Shown: positions 62,285-64,000 of the stretch, piece after piece
How the letters are laid out: each line of letters begins with the position of its first letter
How positions within the stretch are numbered: the stretch's first letter is position 1
NCBI RefSeq assembly: GCF_001194135.2
Contig: NC_068998.1
Span: 37,121,175-37,185,174 of the forward strand
Direction of reading: 5' to 3'
Length of the DNA: 64,000 bases
Origin: Octopus bimaculoides
Lineage: Eukaryota
The notes under the pieces: generated by a model
Seen by the model: the letters and a program-made list of their open reading frames with translations, nothing else
Databases searched by the model: none
What the model was told of the DNA's origin: nothing
Program-made: the position numbers and the translations under genes

Positions 62285-62540
62285 TATATGGTGGTTGTCT
62301 ACTCCTAAAACAGAGTTTGACCACCTCCTGCACCTACACCTTAGCCCTTTCATGGCGTCTGATTTGGCTTTTTAAACCAGACAGTGTTTTGAAAAAACAC
62401 CCACACAGATTGCACCTCTGATTTGCACTACCAATACCTGCAAGTAAGTTCTGCTCATTGTGGATCCTAACATGTCTTTTAAGACCCCCATTGGATTTGC
62501 AAACCCTCTGGCACACACCACATTCAAACGTTGCACAGAC
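62285..62540 (-). mobile_element. RTE-like LINE 3' end with C2H2-like motifs
   Basis: CNVCQRVCKSNGGLKRHVRIH and CNLCGCFFKTLSGLKSQIRRH, then stop, short UTR and a TA-rich tail. No TGEKP linkers; resembles the C..C.R.C.S..GL..H.R.H terminus of RTE-clade ORFs. Confidence 0.55.
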
Positions 62541-62612
62541 ATATAATCAGAATAGCTGGATGTATATATATAAGCATGTAAGTACGTATGTAATATATGT
62601 ACGTATGTATTG

Positions 62613-63195
62613 AGGCGGCAAGCTAGTAGATTTCTTGCTTAGCTGCATTTCGTCTGTTTTTACATTCTGAGTTCAAATTCCGCCAATGTCCACTTTGCCC
62701 CTGATCCTTTTAGGCTCGATAAAATAAGTAAATAAGTAACAGTTGAGCACTGGGTCGATATAATCGACTTACCCACCTCACCCAAATTGCTGGCCATGTG
62801 CCAAAATTTGAAACCAAGACATGTATAGAACTTTTATGTATGTAATATATACAGACAGGAAGGCGGCGAGCTGGCAGAAACGTTAGCACGCCGGGCAAAA
62901 TGCTTAGCGGTATTTCGTCTGCCGATACGTTCTGAGTTCAAACTCCGCCGAGATCGACTTTGCCTTTCATCGTTTCGGGGTCGATAAATTAAGTACCAGT
63001 TACGCACTGGGGTCGATGTAATCGACTGAAACACTTTCTCTGTCCTTGTTTGTCCCCTCTATGTTTAGCCCCTTGTGGGCGATAAAGAAATAAGAAATGT
63101 TAGCACGCTGGGCGAAATGCTTAGCGGTATTTCGTCTGTCTTTACTTTCTAAGCTCAAATTTCCTCGAGGTAGACTTTGCCTTTCATCCTTTCGG
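62613..63195 (+). mobile_element. SINE-A cluster: T1 copy 62613-62817, young T3 copy 62861-63094, head-truncated copy 63095-63195 entering a gap
   Basis: Near-consensus head aggcggcgagctggcagaaacgttagcacgccgggc and B-box gagttcaaactcc. Confidence 0.9.
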
Positions 63196-63825
63196 NNNNN
63201 NNNNNNNNNNNNNNNNNNNNNNNNNNNNNNNNNNNNNNNNNNNNNNNNNNNNNNNNNNNNNNNNNNNNNNNNNNNNNNNNNNNNNNNNNNNNNNNNNNNN
63301 NNNNNNNNNNNNNNNNNNNNNNNNNNNNNNNNNNNNNNNNNNNNNNNNNNNNNNNNNNNNNNNNNNNNNNNNNNNNNNNNNNNNNNNNNNNNNNNNNNNN
63401 NNNNNNNNNNNNNNNNNNNNNNNNNNNNNNNNNNNNNNNNNNNNNNNNNNNNNNNNNNNNNNNNNNNNNNNNNNNNNNNNNNNNNNNNNNNNNNNNNNNN
63501 NNNNNNNNNNNNNNNNNNNNNNNNNNNNNNNNNNNNNNNNNNNNNNNNNNNNNNNNNNNNNNNNNNNNNNNNNNNNNNNNNNNNNNNNNNNNNNNNNNNN
63601 NNNNNNNNNNNNNNNNNNNNNNNNNNNNNNNNNNNNNNNNNNNNNNNNNNNNNNNNNNNNNNNNNNNNNNNNNNNNNNNNNNNNNNNNNNNNNNNNNNNN
63701 NNNNNNNNNNNNNNNNNNNNNNNNNNNNNNNNNNNNNNNNNNNNNNNNNNNNNNNNNNNNNNNNNNNNNNNNNNNNNNNNNNNNNNNNNNNNNNAGTAAC
63801 AAGAGAGTCAAGAGGGAAGAGTGAG

Positions 63826-63861
<36 letters not shown>

Positions 63862-64000
63862 GTGAAGGGGAGAGGAGAAGAATAGGGAAAGGGTGGGAGA
63901 GAAAAATAGAAAAGAAGAAAAACTAAACAGGGAGGTAGACAGACAGGAATGAGATAGTATAAGAGTGTGCATCATAAGTATTAAGATAAAACTTGGAAAA

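Noticed and set aside
62334-62516. Host C2H2 zinc-finger gene
   Set aside because: Only two degenerate fingers, no canonical linker, and a retroelement-like UTR and tail; treated as a LINE 3' end.
58293-64000. Next cyclase exon (expected ...NMRVGIH.G...GVLG..KWQ.D)
   Set aside because: Not found in any frame. It may lie in a gap or beyond the window.

Overview
Animal genomic DNA from a gapped draft assembly, most likely Octopus (inferred from the SINE repertoire, microsatellite density and the protein sequence). About 20 N-gaps, most flanked by microsatellites. The only host gene I can support is a transmembrane adenylyl cyclase of the rutabaga/AC1 type on the + strand. Four GT-AG exons (25179-25328, 26911-27029, 44731-44842, 58165-58292; 509 nt) splice in frame from the end of the M1 membrane domain through most of catalytic domain C1a. 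The gene continues beyond both ends of what I can see. Everything else is intron: about 25 copies of one tRNA-derived SINE (here SINE-A, with three alternative 3' tails), other SINEs, and fossils of Penelope-like (GIY-YIG), R4/Dong-like, L1/Tx1-like, RTE-like, Helitron, mariner and hAT elements. No novel protein-coding system is supported. The most unusual features are non-coding: (i) SINE-A copies stacked repeatedly at one target site with the flanking repeat regenerated each time, (ii) three consecutive unrelated fold-back elements in one TA microsatellite, linked to Penelope-like termini with minimal hammerhead-like cores, and (iii) tail swapping between SINE-A and a LINE-like 3' end. Family names SINE-A to SINE-D are my working labels. 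All homology calls are from pattern recognition, not database searches.
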